NCBI RefSeq assembly: GCF_902168135.1
Contig: NZ_CABHOL010000043.1
Span: 19,969 to 83,968 of the forward strand
From: an uncultured Fluviicola sp.
GTDB lineage: Bacteria; Bacteroidota; Bacteroidia; Flavobacteriales_D; Crocinitomicaceae
DNA length: 64,000 bases
Direction: 5' to 3'
Below the pieces are notes generated by a model that was not told the DNA's origin, did no database searches, and saw only the letters and a program-made list of their open reading frames with translations. Below, one piece after another: positions 55,309 to 64,000 of the stretch. Every line of letters starts with the position of its first letter. The stretch's first letter is position 1. Both the position numbers and the translations under genes were made by a program.

Positions 55309-56457
55309 ATGAGTAAGCAGCCAACATACAAGCGTTTGAAGCAAGTGGTCTTTGCCCTGATAATCGGGCTGTTATTCCTACCGATGATTCAGCATAAGTT
55401 CCGGTTTTATGAAGAAGTACCGCTTAAAGGAGCTTATGAGCTGTCACTAAAGCCGGAATTAACTAAGGAAAGTTGGTTTTCAGGTGAGTATCAGGAAGCA
55501 CAGGATAAATACATGCGTGAGCACACAGGGTTCTATCCGGGGTGGGTGCGTTTATACAATCAGTGGAATTATACTTTTTTTAATATAGCTCATGCTAAAG
55601 ATGTCATAAGAGGAAAAGAAGATTACTTATACGAGGAAAGTTATATCAAAGCTTATTATGGAATGGATTTTCTGGGTGAAAATAGAATTCAGGACATCAC
55701 CCGGATGTGGAAAGCTATCCAGGATACACTCGCAGGAAAAGGCATCAAACTGACAGTAATTTTTGCCCCCGGGAAAGCGAGTTTCTATCCGGAATACATT
55801 CCCGATCAGTACAAAAGAGAAATAAGGGGGAACACAAATTATAAGGAATTTAAAGAACAGTTTATCAGGCAGGATGTTTCATACATCGATATGCACAGCT
55901 GGTTTGAATCCATGAAGAAAAAATCGAAATACCCGCTCTTTCCTAAAACAGGGATACACTGGAGTGCGTACGGGCAGTATTTAGCAGTGGATTCTATCCG
56001 AAAATATGTTTCTCACAGCTGTAAAACATCAATTCCCTATTTTGTCTTAGATAAAATGGTTGAATCGAAAAGTCCAAAGCGGGATGACGACGATATTGGT
56101 AACGGAATGAATTTATTGTTTGGAATTCCGGACTTAACATTAGCTTACCCGGAGTTTCATCCAAACCGAAAACCCCAAAAAGGAGATCCGAAAGTACTGG
56201 TAATAGGCGATAGTTTTTACTGGGGCTTGTTCAATTCAACTGTTTCTGCAAGCCTCTTTAATGACGGAGAGTTTTGGTATTACAACGAACAGATCTACCC
56301 GGCTTCCTATACAAAAGAAGTATTGGTCAAAGATCAGGACCTGGACAAAAAACTGAAAGAGAATAAAGTCGTGTTTCTATTGATTACAGATGCGAATCTG
56401 TCTAGTTTCAGCTTCGGATTTCTTCAAATGGCTGCTAAAGAATACGGAATAGAGTAA
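55309..56457 (+). CDS. AlgJ/AlgX-like SGNH O-acetyltransferase partner, second copy (start refined to ATG at 55309)
   Basis: N-terminal anchor, WFSGEYQ, GKEDYLYE, KTGIHWS, IGDSFYW. Confidence 0.8.
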   Translation: MSKQPTYKRLKQVVFALIIGLLFLPMIQHKFRFYEEVPLKGAYELSLKPELTKESWFSGEYQEAQDKYMREHTGFYPGWVRLYNQWNYTFFNIAHAKDVIRGKEDYLYEESYIKAYYGMDFLGENRIQDITRMWKAIQDTLAGKGIKLTVIFAPGKASFYPEYIPDQYKREIRGNTNYKEFKEQFIRQDVSYIDMHSWFESMKKKSKYPLFPKTGIHWSAYGQYLAVDSIRKYVSHSCKTSIPYFVLDKMVESKSPKRDDDDIGNGMNLLFGIPDLTLAYPEFHPNRKPQKGDPKVLVIGDSFYWGLFNSTVSASLFNDGEFWYYNEQIYPASYTKEVLVKDQDLDKKLKENKVVFLLITDANLSSFSFGFLQMAAKEYGIE

Positions 56458-56618
56458 TTGACGCCTGTTTTGAAAAAAATAAGGAGACAGCTTTCGCGAA
56501 TCCCCTTATTTGATTTAGGTGTAGGTAGTAATTGTGTTTCCTCAGGTTTAACTTTTACAGAAGTTACCTTCGTCTTCAAGCGCTATTGCGCTCTCTTATG
56601 TGGTTCAGTTTTTTCGTT

Positions 56619-57365
56619 TCAATCGGAAGAAGGTTTTCCTAAGATTTCCGGTTCCGGATAATCGATCACTTCTCCCTCAATAACGTCTCCCGTTATAAGA
56701 ATGGGTACTTCTCCCGTTTTCATTTGGCACTTGGCAGACTCCGCCTTTAGGGTAAGGATCAGCTTCTTTCCCCGGATAAATGATTCCGGTTTTTGGTTGT
56801 GCAAAGTATCAGCAACATGTTTTTTTGACCGATAGATCAAATCAAATGTTTCATTCTTCAAATGGTCTTTGTGCACTGTAAGCTCAAAATTGCCGGCTTC
56901 ATCGGTGAATCCTTTCAGGATTGTTTTTCCGTCCTGTTGGATTTCCACAGGCGATTCTGCGAGTGGTTTCCCGGTTTTTTCATCTTTTAGCTGCCCGCTG
57001 ATCTTCATCGGGAATTTCAGCTTATTGAAAGCTTTTTGTTTCACAATTGCTGCATCATCCGGTGCCGACTCGCAGGAAGAAGTTATCGGACCCAAAAAAC
57101 CAAGTATACCCAGTAAAGATAACCCAACCCGATAGGAAGCATTGGACAATGCAACATGTGAAATTTTAGAACTAACCTGATGATTATAAAAAATACCGCA
57201 AACTTTTTTGGGGCTTGAGGCAATGATTTGTTTGATTTCTGTGTTTGTTTTCTGACGGAAATCCGTCAAAGTTTTTTCACAGCCTGAACAATAGTAACTG
57301 TCATCACGTTTTTCCATCTGCGTATGCGATTGATTACAAGGCAATGACATGATCGGTTTGTTCAT
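56619..57365 (-). CDS. Carboxypeptidase-regulatory-like domain protein with N-terminal Cys motif
   Basis: C...M....YCSGC.K..TDF and CG motif, a TM segment, then ISGQLKDEKTGKPL....V.I...GFTDEAGNFEL. Confidence 0.75.
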   Translation of the reverse strand: MNKPIMSLPCNQSHTQMEKRDDSYYCSGCEKTLTDFRQKTNTEIKQIIASSPKKVCGIFYNHQVSSKISHVALSNASYRVGLSLLGILGFLGPITSSCESAPDDAAIVKQKAFNKLKFPMKISGQLKDEKTGKPLAESPVEIQQDGKTILKGFTDEAGNFELTVHKDHLKNETFDLIYRSKKHVADTLHNQKPESFIRGKKLILTLKAESAKCQMKTGEVPILITGDVIEGEVIDYPEPEILGKPSSD

Positions 57366-57559
57366 AACTGTAGTTTGATGAAATGAAAATAGGAATTAAT
57401 TGATTCGTCCATTTTCAAAAAATGTAAAGTGTATGTTTGTTTTATTTTGAGGTGATTTTTTAATCTTAAAAGAATTGTTCGCAGGAGTTTTGTTTTATCC
57501 TGAAATAAAAAGGATTTTCAGAGACCTGTTTCAAGGTATTATGTAGTAATTTTATCGTG

Positions 57560-57589
57560 GTAGAGGTCGATTGCTATCGATCCTGCTAC
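57560..57589. repeat. Degenerate GTAG-type REP-like palindrome (copy 3)
   Basis: GTAGAGGTCGATTGCTATCGATCCTGCTAC, upstream of the men genes. Confidence 0.55.
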
Positions 57590-57613
57590 GGATTAAAAAC
57601 AGAATGCAAGCAG

Positions 57614-58039
57614 ATGAAAAAGTTAAAACAGGTACCACTGGAACAAATCAACCACATGGGAAAAAACACCATGATGGAGCACCTGGATATGAGATGTGTT
57701 GAATTGGGTGAGGACTACCTGGTTGCAACGATGCCGGTCGATAATCGAACCCATCAGCCAATGGGATTATTGCATGGCGGTGCCAGTGCAGCTTTGATCG
57801 AGTCCATCGGTTCTATGGGATCGGCTCTGCTGATTGACCTTTCAAAAGAAGCACCGGTGGGAATTGAGATCAATGCCAACCATATTGGAGCAGTAAAAAG
57901 CGGATCGGTAAGAGCGATCGGGAAAATTGTTCATGCCGGATCACGTACGCACATCTGGCAGGTGGATATTTTTGATGAATCCAATGATCGTTTGATCTGC
58001 ACGGGTCGATTAACAGTTATGATAGTTCCAAAGGCGTGA
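57614..58039 (+). CDS. menI: Hotdog-fold thioesterase, probable DHNA-CoA thioesterase (start refined to ATG at 57614)
   Basis: MPVDNRTHQPMGLLHGGASAALIES, VGIEINANH; operonic with menF and menD. Confidence 0.8.
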   Translation: MKKLKQVPLEQINHMGKNTMMEHLDMRCVELGEDYLVATMPVDNRTHQPMGLLHGGASAALIESIGSMGSALLIDLSKEAPVGIEINANHIGAVKSGSVRAIGKIVHAGSRTHIWQVDIFDESNDRLICTGRLTVMIVPKA

Positions 58040-59007
58040 AAGATTTATTGATTTACAGATTACCTAAAGCTGCTCCTGTTATCAAAAGGGGTGTTTTTTC
58101 TGCTTTAAAAGAAGGAGAGAAGCCGGTGGGATTCGTGGTTTCCGATTTTCTGCACGAACGCACCTTTCATTTCGAAGAAGCTGAAGCGTTTGATCCGGAA
58201 TTCGATTTTCATTACAGCAACCAGATTCCCACGGTCATTTCAAGAAGAGATTACCAAATAGAGGCACAGGCCTTTTTAAATTCCTTTCCTTTATTGGGAG
58301 TCGAGAAGGGTGTTTTTTCGCGCGTTAAGCAAACTCCTTTCCAGGGTGAACGGGCCTTTGATCTGTTCGGTGTATTGGAAAACACCTACCCTAATGCATT
58401 CTGCTACCTGATTTCTTCTTCGGAATTCGGAACGTGGATAGGGGCAACTCCCGAACTGCTGATGAACCAACAGGGAATGGTTTGTAAAACAGTTGCGCTG
58501 GCTGGAACGCATGGTGAAAATGAAGAGCATGAGTGGACTCCAAAAGAACTGGAAGAACATGCTTTTGTTGTTGATGCGATCAAAGAAACATTGGAACGCA
58601 ATGAATGTGTCGAAATTGAATCTGACGGACCATATGTTGTTCAGGCAGGACCTGTTCAGCACTTAAAAACAGATTTCCGGGCACTTTTAACCAAGCCCAA
58701 CGCCTGGTCCATTGCTTTAGATCTTCATCCCACTCCTGCTGTCTGCGGGACTCCCCGGAGAAACGCCATTGAAGCTATTGCAAGCAGGGAAATGCACGAT
58801 CGGGAATTATATACCGGATTTATCGGTTTGTTTGAAGAAGGAAATACAAATCTGTTCGTGAACCTGCGTTGTGCTCAGCTGTTCCGGGATAAAGCCTTTT
58901 TATACGTTGGTGGAGGTTTTACCATTGATTCAATTCCGGATATGGAATGGGAAGAAACCGAACACAAAGCTGAAACCCTTATTCGGGCTATGAAGCAAAT
59001 CTATTAA
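58036..59007 (+). CDS. menF: Isochorismate synthase
   Basis: WIGATPELL, VALAGT, KELEEH, VQHLKT, LHPTPAVCG, YTGF, VNLRCA, YVGGG, EWEETEHK. Confidence 0.9.
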   Translation: MKDLLIYRLPKAAPVIKRGVFSALKEGEKPVGFVVSDFLHERTFHFEEAEAFDPEFDFHYSNQIPTVISRRDYQIEAQAFLNSFPLLGVEKGVFSRVKQTPFQGERAFDLFGVLENTYPNAFCYLISSSEFGTWIGATPELLMNQQGMVCKTVALAGTHGENEEHEWTPKELEEHAFVVDAIKETLERNECVEIESDGPYVVQAGPVQHLKTDFRALLTKPNAWSIALDLHPTPAVCGTPRRNAIEAIASREMHDRELYTGFIGLFEEGNTNLFVNLRCAQLFRDKAFLYVGGGFTIDSIPDMEWEETEHKAETLIRAMKQIY

Positions 59008-59117
59008 AATGTTCAAATGTTTCTGTCCGCCGCGGCGGAGTAGATTCAAAAGTTCAAATTGAGCCCATTAAAGGATTTGAACTTTTTTGAACCATTTCAA
59101 CTCTTTGAAGCTTCAAA
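59008..59117. repeat. Composite GTTCAA/TTTGAAC element carrying the TCCGCCGCGGCGGA palindrome
   Basis: GTTCAAAT...GTCCGCCGCGGCGGAG TAGATTCAAAAGTTCAAA...TTTGAACTTTTTGAACC; starts at the menF stop. Confidence 0.75.
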
Positions 59118-59134
59118 GGAGTTAATTTTACACC

Positions 59135-60835
59135 ATGATTTCAAGTGCAAAATTGGAAGTACAGCTCATTGTTGACGGTTGTAAGAAAGTAGGTGTAACC
59201 CACGTTGTTATTTCTCCGGGATCCCGGAATGCTCCGTTAAGCATTGCTTTTGATGAAGATCCTCACTTCCGGGTTTTTGTGGTTCCGGATGAACGTGTGG
59301 CTGCATTTTATGCACATGGAATGGCCCAAAAACTGAATAAGCCGGTTGTCATTACCTGTACTTCCGGATCTGCACCGTTGAATTATTACCCTGCCATTGC
59401 CGAGGCTTTTTACCAGGGAACTCCGTTGATCGTTATTTCAGCCGACAGACCGGTGGAGTGGGTGGATCAGGGAGATGGTCAAACAATCCGCCAGGAACGC
59501 GTATTTGACCAAATGGTTTTGAAAAGTGCACAGATGAATGAAATTCATTCGGAAAATCAACGCTGGCATTTTGAACGTAAACTTTCAGAGGTTTTGCAAG
59601 CCGCAAACGGATCGAGAAAAGGTCCGGTGCATTTGAATGTTCCCTTTTCGGAACCACTTTATGAAACAACGGAGGATATTCATATCCTGAAAAATTGGGT
59701 GGAACTTGCCGAAACGGAAACTACTTTAACGAAAAACAGTAAGAATAAGCTCGAAACACTTTGGAACGGTTCAGAAAAAAGGCTCATAATCGTTGGTCAA
59801 GAGCAAAAAAATCCTGATTTGCAGGAAGTACTTGAAAAATTGGCCTTAGACGGGTCAACGGCGGTATTGGTAGAACACACTTCCAATGTATTCAGTCCTT
59901 ATTTTGTTTCCAATATCGACCGAACGTTGAATGTGATCCCTGAATCTGAAGTGAAAGCCTTTCACCCGGATTGCATTGTGACCATCGGCGGAGCAATTAT
60001 TTCCAAGAAAATCAAAGTTTTCCTGCGTCAATCCAAAGCACCCGTTATTCGTTTCGGGGAAGACTTTCCGTTTATGGATACGTATCAAAACCTGCGTTTT
60101 ACAGCTCCTGTCTCAGCTTTAAATGGTTTGGAATATCTATTGGAACTGGTGCAGAAGAATCCGCATAAATCGCGTTTTGGTTTTGCCTGGAAGAAGGTTG
60201 ACCAGTTTGGTTCGGATGACCAGAAAACCATTTGTGCGGCGCAGCCCTGGAGTGATCTGAAGGCCATGGAATTTGTAATGGATGTTATTCCGGATTATTG
60301 CAACCTGCATATTTCAAACAGTTCTTTGATCCGTTACGCACTGTTGTTTGATCCGATCAAAACGATCCATTATTGGTGTAACCGCGGAACAAGCGGTATT
60401 GACGGAAGTAGCTCAACGGCAGTCGGTTCGGCAATCGTTTCTCCCAATGAATCCCACGTATTGGTTACAGGTGATCTTTCGTTCTTTTACGATTCAAATG
60501 CCTGGTGGAGCAAATACCTTCCGTCGAATTTGAGAATTATCCTCGTGAATAACGGCGGGGGGGATATTTTTAATATTATTCCGGGACCTAAGTCCACCAA
60601 TCAGTGGAAAAAGATCTTCGTAGCCGAACAGGAATTATCAGCCCGGGACATTGCAAAAACATACAGCCTGGAATATTTCAACGCAGCCTCCCAAAAAGAA
60701 CTGGACGAGCAGCTGGAAGCATTCTTTGGTGAAAGTAAGAACGGTTTGCCAAAACTTTTGGAAATCAACACGATGTCTGAACCGAACAGCACCATTCTGG
60801 AAAATTATTTCAAAGCTTTTAGGAAAAGAATATAA
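59135..60835 (+). CDS. menD: SEPHCHC synthase (menaquinone biosynthesis)
   Basis: VISPGSRNAPL, DERVAAF, TSGSA, SADRP, GPVHLNVPF, NRGTSGIDG, GDLSFFYDSN, VNNGGG. Confidence 0.96.
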   Translation: MISSAKLEVQLIVDGCKKVGVTHVVISPGSRNAPLSIAFDEDPHFRVFVVPDERVAAFYAHGMAQKLNKPVVITCTSGSAPLNYYPAIAEAFYQGTPLIVISADRPVEWVDQGDGQTIRQERVFDQMVLKSAQMNEIHSENQRWHFERKLSEVLQAANGSRKGPVHLNVPFSEPLYETTEDIHILKNWVELAETETTLTKNSKNKLETLWNGSEKRLIIVGQEQKNPDLQEVLEKLALDGSTAVLVEHTSNVFSPYFVSNIDRTLNVIPESEVKAFHPDCIVTIGGAIISKKIKVFLRQSKAPVIRFGEDFPFMDTYQNLRFTAPVSALNGLEYLLELVQKNPHKSRFGFAWKKVDQFGSDDQKTICAAQPWSDLKAMEFVMDVIPDYCNLHISNSSLIRYALLFDPIKTIHYWCNRGTSGIDGSSSTAVGSAIVSPNESHVLVTGDLSFFYDSNAWWSKYLPSNLRIILVNNGGGDIFNIIPGPKSTNQWKKIFVAEQELSARDIAKTYSLEYFNAASQKELDEQLEAFFGESKNGLPKLLEINTMSEPNSTILENYFKAFRKRI

Positions 60836-60905
60836 AAGTTCAAAAGTTCAAAAGTTCAAAATTGACTCAACTGAATGTTTTTAACTTATGGAACTCTTTG
60901 AACTT
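60836..60905. repeat. GTTCAA/TTTGAAC element: (AAGTTCAA)x3 ... CTCTTTGAAC
   Basis: Tandem 8-mers right after the menD stop, with a TTTGAAC arm at about 60897. Confidence 0.7.
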
Positions 60906-61136
60906 TAGAGAAAACAAAGAGAGCCCAGAATGCTAAAAACTACTACGAAAAAGACAACTGGGCTCCCTAATTGGTTTGAATGCCTCATAATAGGGCAAGG
61001 TTCAATAATGCTAATGTAAGTAAATCAGTTATTTAAAACAAAATTTAAAATCTAAAATTTCTGTTAAAAACGAAAAAAATCACAAATCCATTTTTTGTAG
61101 TTCATTTGAGATTAAATTTGTCGAAAAAATAGAAAA

Positions 61137-61889
61137 GTGGAATTTGATATATTAACTACCGGCGTTGGCATTTTTTACCTAGTTGTTTTAACCCTTTTGG
61201 AAATTGTTCTGGGGATCGATAACATCATTTTTATCTCTATCATTACAGATTCCTTGGTAAAGCAGGATCAACGCAAGGCGCGGATCTTAGGTTTGAGTCT
61301 TGCATTGATTATTCGTTTGTTATTGCTGAGTGTGGTTTCTTACATTATGACTTTGGATAAAACGCCTTTGTTTACGGTTTACGATATCAAATTCACGGCG
61401 CATTCATTGGTGTTACTGATAGGTGGACTTTTCCTGATTTACAAATCTGTGGGAGAGATGCATTCCAGTGTAAAAGGGGCTCATCATGAAACAAAGAAAA
61501 AAAGAAAAGTGCGTTTGGGAGCTGTAGTTATGCAAATTGTTGCAATTGACTTCATTTTCAGCTTCGACTCGGTTATTTCGGCAATTGGTATGACTAACGA
61601 TATCCGTCATGAAACGCACGGAAATCCTTTCATCATTATTGTGTTGGCAGTAGTTATTTCCATGATTGTCATGTTGATCTTTGCGAAACCGATTGCAGAC
61701 TTTATCAATGCAAGGCCTACGATTAAAATGATCGCATTAGGTTTCCTTGTAACTATCGGAGTATTGTTGATTGCGGAATCATTTGGTCAGCACATTCCGA
61801 AAGGATATATTTATTTTGCGATGTTGTATGCATTGCTGGTTGAGTTTCTCAATATCCGCATGCGCAGAAACAACAAGGAGCAGGAATAG
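61137..61889 (+). CDS. TerC family membrane protein
   Basis: LEIVLGIDNIIFI, GLFLIYKS, DFIFSFDSVISAIG; TAAATTTG promoter box at 61114-61121. Confidence 0.9.
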   Translation: MEFDILTTGVGIFYLVVLTLLEIVLGIDNIIFISIITDSLVKQDQRKARILGLSLALIIRLLLLSVVSYIMTLDKTPLFTVYDIKFTAHSLVLLIGGLFLIYKSVGEMHSSVKGAHHETKKKRKVRLGAVVMQIVAIDFIFSFDSVISAIGMTNDIRHETHGNPFIIIVLAVVISMIVMLIFAKPIADFINARPTIKMIALGFLVTIGVLLIAESFGQHIPKGYIYFAMLYALLVEFLNIRMRRNNKEQE

Positions 61890-62464
61890 TGAATCCCGAG
61901 GAAATTTTAGCGGTTCTGCGTATTGACAACCTCGATGAGGTAGAAGATGCGCTCGAATCGGAACTTTTTGAGATCCGGAAATCCATTCTGGCAAAGCCCT
62001 TATTGCGATTGACCCTGAAATCCAAACTTGCTCGTTTGAATGTATTGGCTAAAATCGCTGAAAACCAGCAATTATTCCGTGAACCGCCCGTTTTTCAGTT
62101 TGTATACGATGGGTCAAAAATAGAGTCGGCTTTATCGCTGTGGGAAAGTTATATGCAAGCGAGAAGCCAATGGAAAATGGTGTTTACGCAAACTCAGACC
62201 CCAATTGGTTTGACAGCTGTTTTGGAAGAAGGAGTAAAAATGGAATTGGAGTTTGCATCGAAATTTCCGGTGTCGGATTGGACAGAAGAAGAGCCCGTAT
62301 TCGGGACGGAACCGGATCCAATGCTGCTTCAGAATGGCTTGAAGAAAGCGGCTGAAAAAGGCTGGATTACTTTTTCCGATTTGGAAAAGAATAAAAACGG
62401 GCTTGAAAAAGACCTGCTTCTTGCTTTAAAGCGATTATCTTTGTTGCCGAAATATTTACAGTGA
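61889..62464 (+). CDS. Hypothetical protein, 191 aa
   Basis: GTG start overlapping the terC stop; clean ORF. Confidence 0.65.
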   Translation: MNPEEILAVLRIDNLDEVEDALESELFEIRKSILAKPLLRLTLKSKLARLNVLAKIAENQQLFREPPVFQFVYDGSKIESALSLWESYMQARSQWKMVFTQTQTPIGLTAVLEEGVKMELEFASKFPVSDWTEEEPVFGTEPDPMLLQNGLKKAAEKGWITFSDLEKNKNGLEKDLLLALKRLSLLPKYLQ

Positions 62465-62618
62465 GTCAGCAGGGGCTGATCGAAGTAATTGTAGTGAAAT
62501 TTACAAAATGAATAATGAAAGATGAAGAGACGAAACAAGAGAAAGCATAGCTTTCGATGAATTCAACTTTTCATTATGATTTGATGTCTTTTTTCATCAA
62601 GTCTTAAAGTCTTGAATA

Positions 62619-62888
62619 ATGAGTGAAGGAACCTTTGATAAATTAAGAGAACAATTAAACCTGGAAGAGTGGCCGAATGTCTACTTCTTTAAGTTTATTG
62701 TGCCGAATACTCCCCATTCTTTGGCTCAAACTACGGCTCTTTTTGACGAAACGGCACAGATCCAGTTCCATGAGTCGAGCAATGGTAAATTTGTCAGTGT
62801 AAGTGTGAAAGAAATGATGTTGGATGTGGATTCCATCATTGCCATTTATGAAAAAGCTCAGGTAATCCCGGGAATAATTTCTTTGTAA
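62619..62888 (+). CDS. DUF493 (YbeD-like) family protein
   Basis: WP..Y.FKFIVP, S.NGKFVSV.V, IPGIISL. Confidence 0.85.
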   Translation: MSEGTFDKLREQLNLEEWPNVYFFKFIVPNTPHSLAQTTALFDETAQIQFHESSNGKFVSVSVKEMMLDVDSIIAIYEKAQVIPGIISL

Positions 62889-62891
62889 ACT

Positions 62892-63377
62892 ATGAAAAAA
62901 AAATCCTTACTGACCCTGGTGGTTTTGAGTCTTGTAATTACCTCACTGATCCTGTTTCGCGTGAATTTCGTGAAAGGAATCCGTTCCTGGGAGAGCAAAG
63001 TACTCGGAACATTGATTGCGCTTGCGGCAATTATGATGCTTTATGTTGCGTATAAGGCTGTTATTAAGCGTTTTTCAAAGGGTACTTTGAAAAAAGAAGA
63101 TTATGCCTTGCTTTTTGACCTTGAAAGTAAAGTTCAGAATAACGAGGTAGAATTCTATTTTACGATCGAACAAACTAAAAAAGTTGTGTTTTCAATTTTG
63201 AATGAAAAAATGGAAACAGTAAAGGTTGTTCAGGATAAAGAATTTCCATCCGGAGGGCATATTGTCCGCTTTGACGTAAAAGAATTGAGTGATGGTGCTT
63301 ATTTCTATTGCCTGGAGACAGATAATCAAAAAACCATGAAGAAAATGTTTGTTCAGCATGACAATCTGACAGTGTAA
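62892..63377 (+). CDS. Membrane protein: two TM helices plus a T9SS-CTD/FlgD-like Ig domain
   Basis: Two hydrophobic segments, then FYFTI...VFSILN...F.SGGH.V.FD...LSDGAYFYCLE......KKMFV. Confidence 0.65.
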   Translation: MKKKSLLTLVVLSLVITSLILFRVNFVKGIRSWESKVLGTLIALAAIMMLYVAYKAVIKRFSKGTLKKEDYALLFDLESKVQNNEVEFYFTIEQTKKVVFSILNEKMETVKVVQDKEFPSGGHIVRFDVKELSDGAYFYCLETDNQKTMKKMFVQHDNLTV

Positions 63378-63460
63378 ATTGTATTGGCAAAGCTTTTGAC
63401 AAACAAAAACAAATAGTAACTTTAGACCGACGAAAGAAGTCACACAAAATTGAAACAATT

Positions 63461-63778
63461 ATGGCATTAGAAATCACAGATGCAAACTTTGAAGAGCTTG
63501 TATTGAAATCAGACAAACCGGTAATGGTAGACTTTTGGGCAGAATGGTGTGGTCCATGTAGATTGATAGGTCCAATCGTTGAAGAAATGGCAAATGAATA
63601 CGATGGTAAAGCAGTTATTGGTAAAGTAAATGTTGACCTGAACCCGGGAGTTTCTGCTCAGTTTGGAATTCGCAATATCCCTACGATCATTTTCGTGAAG
63701 GGTGGAGAAATTGCTGACAAATCAGTTGGTGCTGTTCCTAAAGGACAGTTGACTGCTAAGTTGGATGCATTGATTTAA
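63461..63778 (+). CDS. trxA: Thioredoxin
   Basis: VDFWAEWCGPC, FGIRNIPT. Confidence 0.97.
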   Translation: MALEITDANFEELVLKSDKPVMVDFWAEWCGPCRLIGPIVEEMANEYDGKAVIGKVNVDLNPGVSAQFGIRNIPTIIFVKGGEIADKSVGAVPKGQLTAKLDALI

Positions 63779-63794
63779 TTTAGAATTCAAGTAT

Positions 63795-63824
63795 AAAAAG
63801 GTCCGCTAGTCGGACTTTTTTTTT
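63795..63824 (+). terminator. Rho-independent terminator
   Basis: AAAAAGGTCCG-CTAGT-CGGAC followed by T9. Confidence 0.75.
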
Positions 63825-63843
63825 GAACTTATACGTATAGCAC

Positions 63844-64000
63844 ATGAAGAATTTTTGGAGACGCCTTAGATTGTATGGATTCGGCTTTGGCTTAGGGCTG
63901 ATCATGGTTTTTTTCTTTTTCCGCAATCGGGGCTGTACCTGGCTTCCTGAAAACAGGGTTAAAAATACATTTATGGGAAAAGTACTTGTTATCTCTGAGG
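63844..64000 (+). CDS. Hypothetical membrane-anchored protein (DUF4258-like in Flavobacteriia), truncated by the window end
   Basis: MKNFWRRLRLYGFGFGLGLIMVFFFF..RGC.WLPENRV; frame is open to the window end. Confidence 0.6.
   Translation, partial: MKNFWRRLRLYGFGFGLGLIMVFFFFRNRGCTWLPENRVKNTFMGKVLVISE

Noticed and set aside
57557-57613. N-terminal extension of the thioesterase from GTG at 57557
   Set aside because: The extension runs through a REP-like hairpin and contains no hotdog-fold sequence; ATG at 57614 is preferred. Starts were similarly refined for miaE, lon, marR, both second-pair O-acyltransferase genes and the 974-aa ORF.

Overview
A 64-kb chromosomal window from a Bacteroidota (Bacteroidetes) genome. 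The evidence is TAnnTTTG promoter boxes, T9SS sorting domains, a GldM-like domain and PafA; the overall style suggests a Fluviicola/Crocinitomicaceae-like organism (inference). Most of it is housekeeping or envelope genes: 3' part of an error-prone-type DnaE, a DEAD-box helicase, a MarR-controlled RND/TolC pump, a LytS-type sensor and LytTR regulator, miaE, pafA, tRNA-Leu(TAG)-tig, a fatty-acid desaturase, lon flanked by two MBOAT+SGNH O-acyltransferase pairs, menI/menF/menD, TerC and trxA. The standout is 27.4-43.9 kb, a module of five Sec-exported proteins: FN3 array, beta-rich giant, T9SS cargo, outer-membrane beta-barrel and a 1816-aa TANFOR/FN3 protein. The 1816-aa gene switches abruptly to low-GC DNA at about 39.9 kb. 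After the switch it encodes an HExxH metallopeptidase, a hydrophobic hairpin and a toxin-like C-terminal tip, followed by a coupled 150-aa immunity-like gene and the broken remnant of a T9SS cargo gene. This looks like a polymorphic toxin system with a possibly dedicated export route. Intergenic DNA also carries several families of small dispersed repeats: GTTCAA/TTTGAAC elements, heptamer arrays, GTAG-type REPs and GC-rich palindromes. No CRISPR array, rRNA, transposase or integrase was seen. All family assignments come from motif recognition; no searches were run.
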